In this document: piece by piece, positions 63,759 through 64,000 of the stretch | Layout of the letters: every line of letters begins with the position of its first letter | Position numbering within the stretch: the first letter of the stretch is position 1 | Origin: Candidatus Thalassarchaeum sp. | Lineage (GTDB): Archaea > Thermoplasmatota > Poseidoniia > Poseidoniales > Thalassarchaeaceae | Reading direction: 5' to 3' | Assembly (NCBI GenBank): GCA_022449345.1 | Contig: JAKURL010000006.1 | Location: 29,451-93,450, forward strand | DNA length: 64,000 bases | Notes under the pieces: generated by a model | Told to the model about the DNA's origin: nothing | Seen by the model: only the letters and a program-made list of their open reading frames with translations | Database searches by the model: none | Position numbers and translations under genes: made by a program

Positions 63759-64000
63759 ATGGCAATTTTTTCGATAATTGTTGTTGTTGCCTTCATTTTG
63801 GCCAGCATCGTGACAGTTTTTTTCTATTGGATAGATGATTACGGAGAACAATTACGAGAAGAAGAATTGAAGAATACTCCAAATCCAACTTGGCCAAACG
63901 CCACATTAGTAGTAGATGATATCGAATCACTCGCTGATTTCGGTTATCGAAAGATCGACACCGTTGCTCACGCCAATGCCGGCGACTTCATCCAATTTAG
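63759..64000 (+). CDS. Partial ORF (3'-truncated) for a membrane-anchored hypothetical protein.
   Basis: ATG at 63759, then a TM helix (AIFSIIVVVAFILASIVTVFFYW). It stays open to the window end. Confidence 0.2.
   Translation, partial: MAIFSIIVVVAFILASIVTVFFYWIDDYGEQLREEELKNTPNPTWPNATLVVDDIESLADFGYRKIDTVAHANAGDFIQF

Overview
Read by eye, this is a chromosomal segment of an archaeon, with a GC content near 50%. The archaeal assignment rests on clearly archaeal information-processing genes: RadA recombinase, a Hel308/Ski2-type helicase, RNA polymerase subunit K, a KEOPS Cgi121-like protein, a Gar1-like domain, and three tRNAs (initiator tRNA-Met, tRNA-Gln, tRNA-Leu) that all carry an encoded 3' CCA.

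The gene content suggests an aerobic marine heterotroph, possibly of the Thermoplasmatota/Poseidoniales type, but that is an inference. Supporting genes are heme O and heme A synthases, a two-subunit 2-oxoacid:ferredoxin oxidoreductase, aconitase, adenosylhomocysteinase, thiolase, tryptophan 2,3-dioxygenase, a phosphonate-type ABC transporter and many peptidases.

About 50 coding regions are called. An unusually large share of the window encodes surface or secreted proteins:
- a secreted protein made of two dockerin modules;
- a 1277-aa S8 subtilase with a P-domain and four roughly 95-aa calcium-binding super-repeats;
- a 2135-aa protein with FG-GAP and jelly-roll domains;
- a beta-propeller lipoprotein;
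- several proteins that share a layout of signal peptide, C-terminal transmembrane anchor and acidic tail.

The most unusual object is a gene at 55715..56620 on the minus strand. It encodes an archaeal Gar1-like beta-barrel followed by three eukaryote-type RanBP2 zinc fingers (W-x-C-x2-C-x3-N-x6-C-x2-C, with an NFAFR core), separated and followed by RGG/RG-rich linkers. That is a FUS/ZRANB2-like RNA-binding layout in an archaeon.

Other leads:
- a conserved 19-nt motif about 35 nt upstream of two secreted-protein genes;
- a duplicated palindromic site upstream of the phosphonate-type operon;
- successive TTGA stop/start overlaps with Shine-Dalgarno-like GGAGG;
- an AT-rich islet beside the 3' end of tRNA-Gln that carries a DUF1737-like small gene;
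- a Nudix plus metallo-beta-lactamase fusion protein;
- an HExxH protein of unknown family;
- an unusually long disordered insertion in the Hel308 helicase.

No CRISPR array, transposase or integrase was seen. All calls come from reading motifs by eye and from remembered family signatures; no database search was possible.
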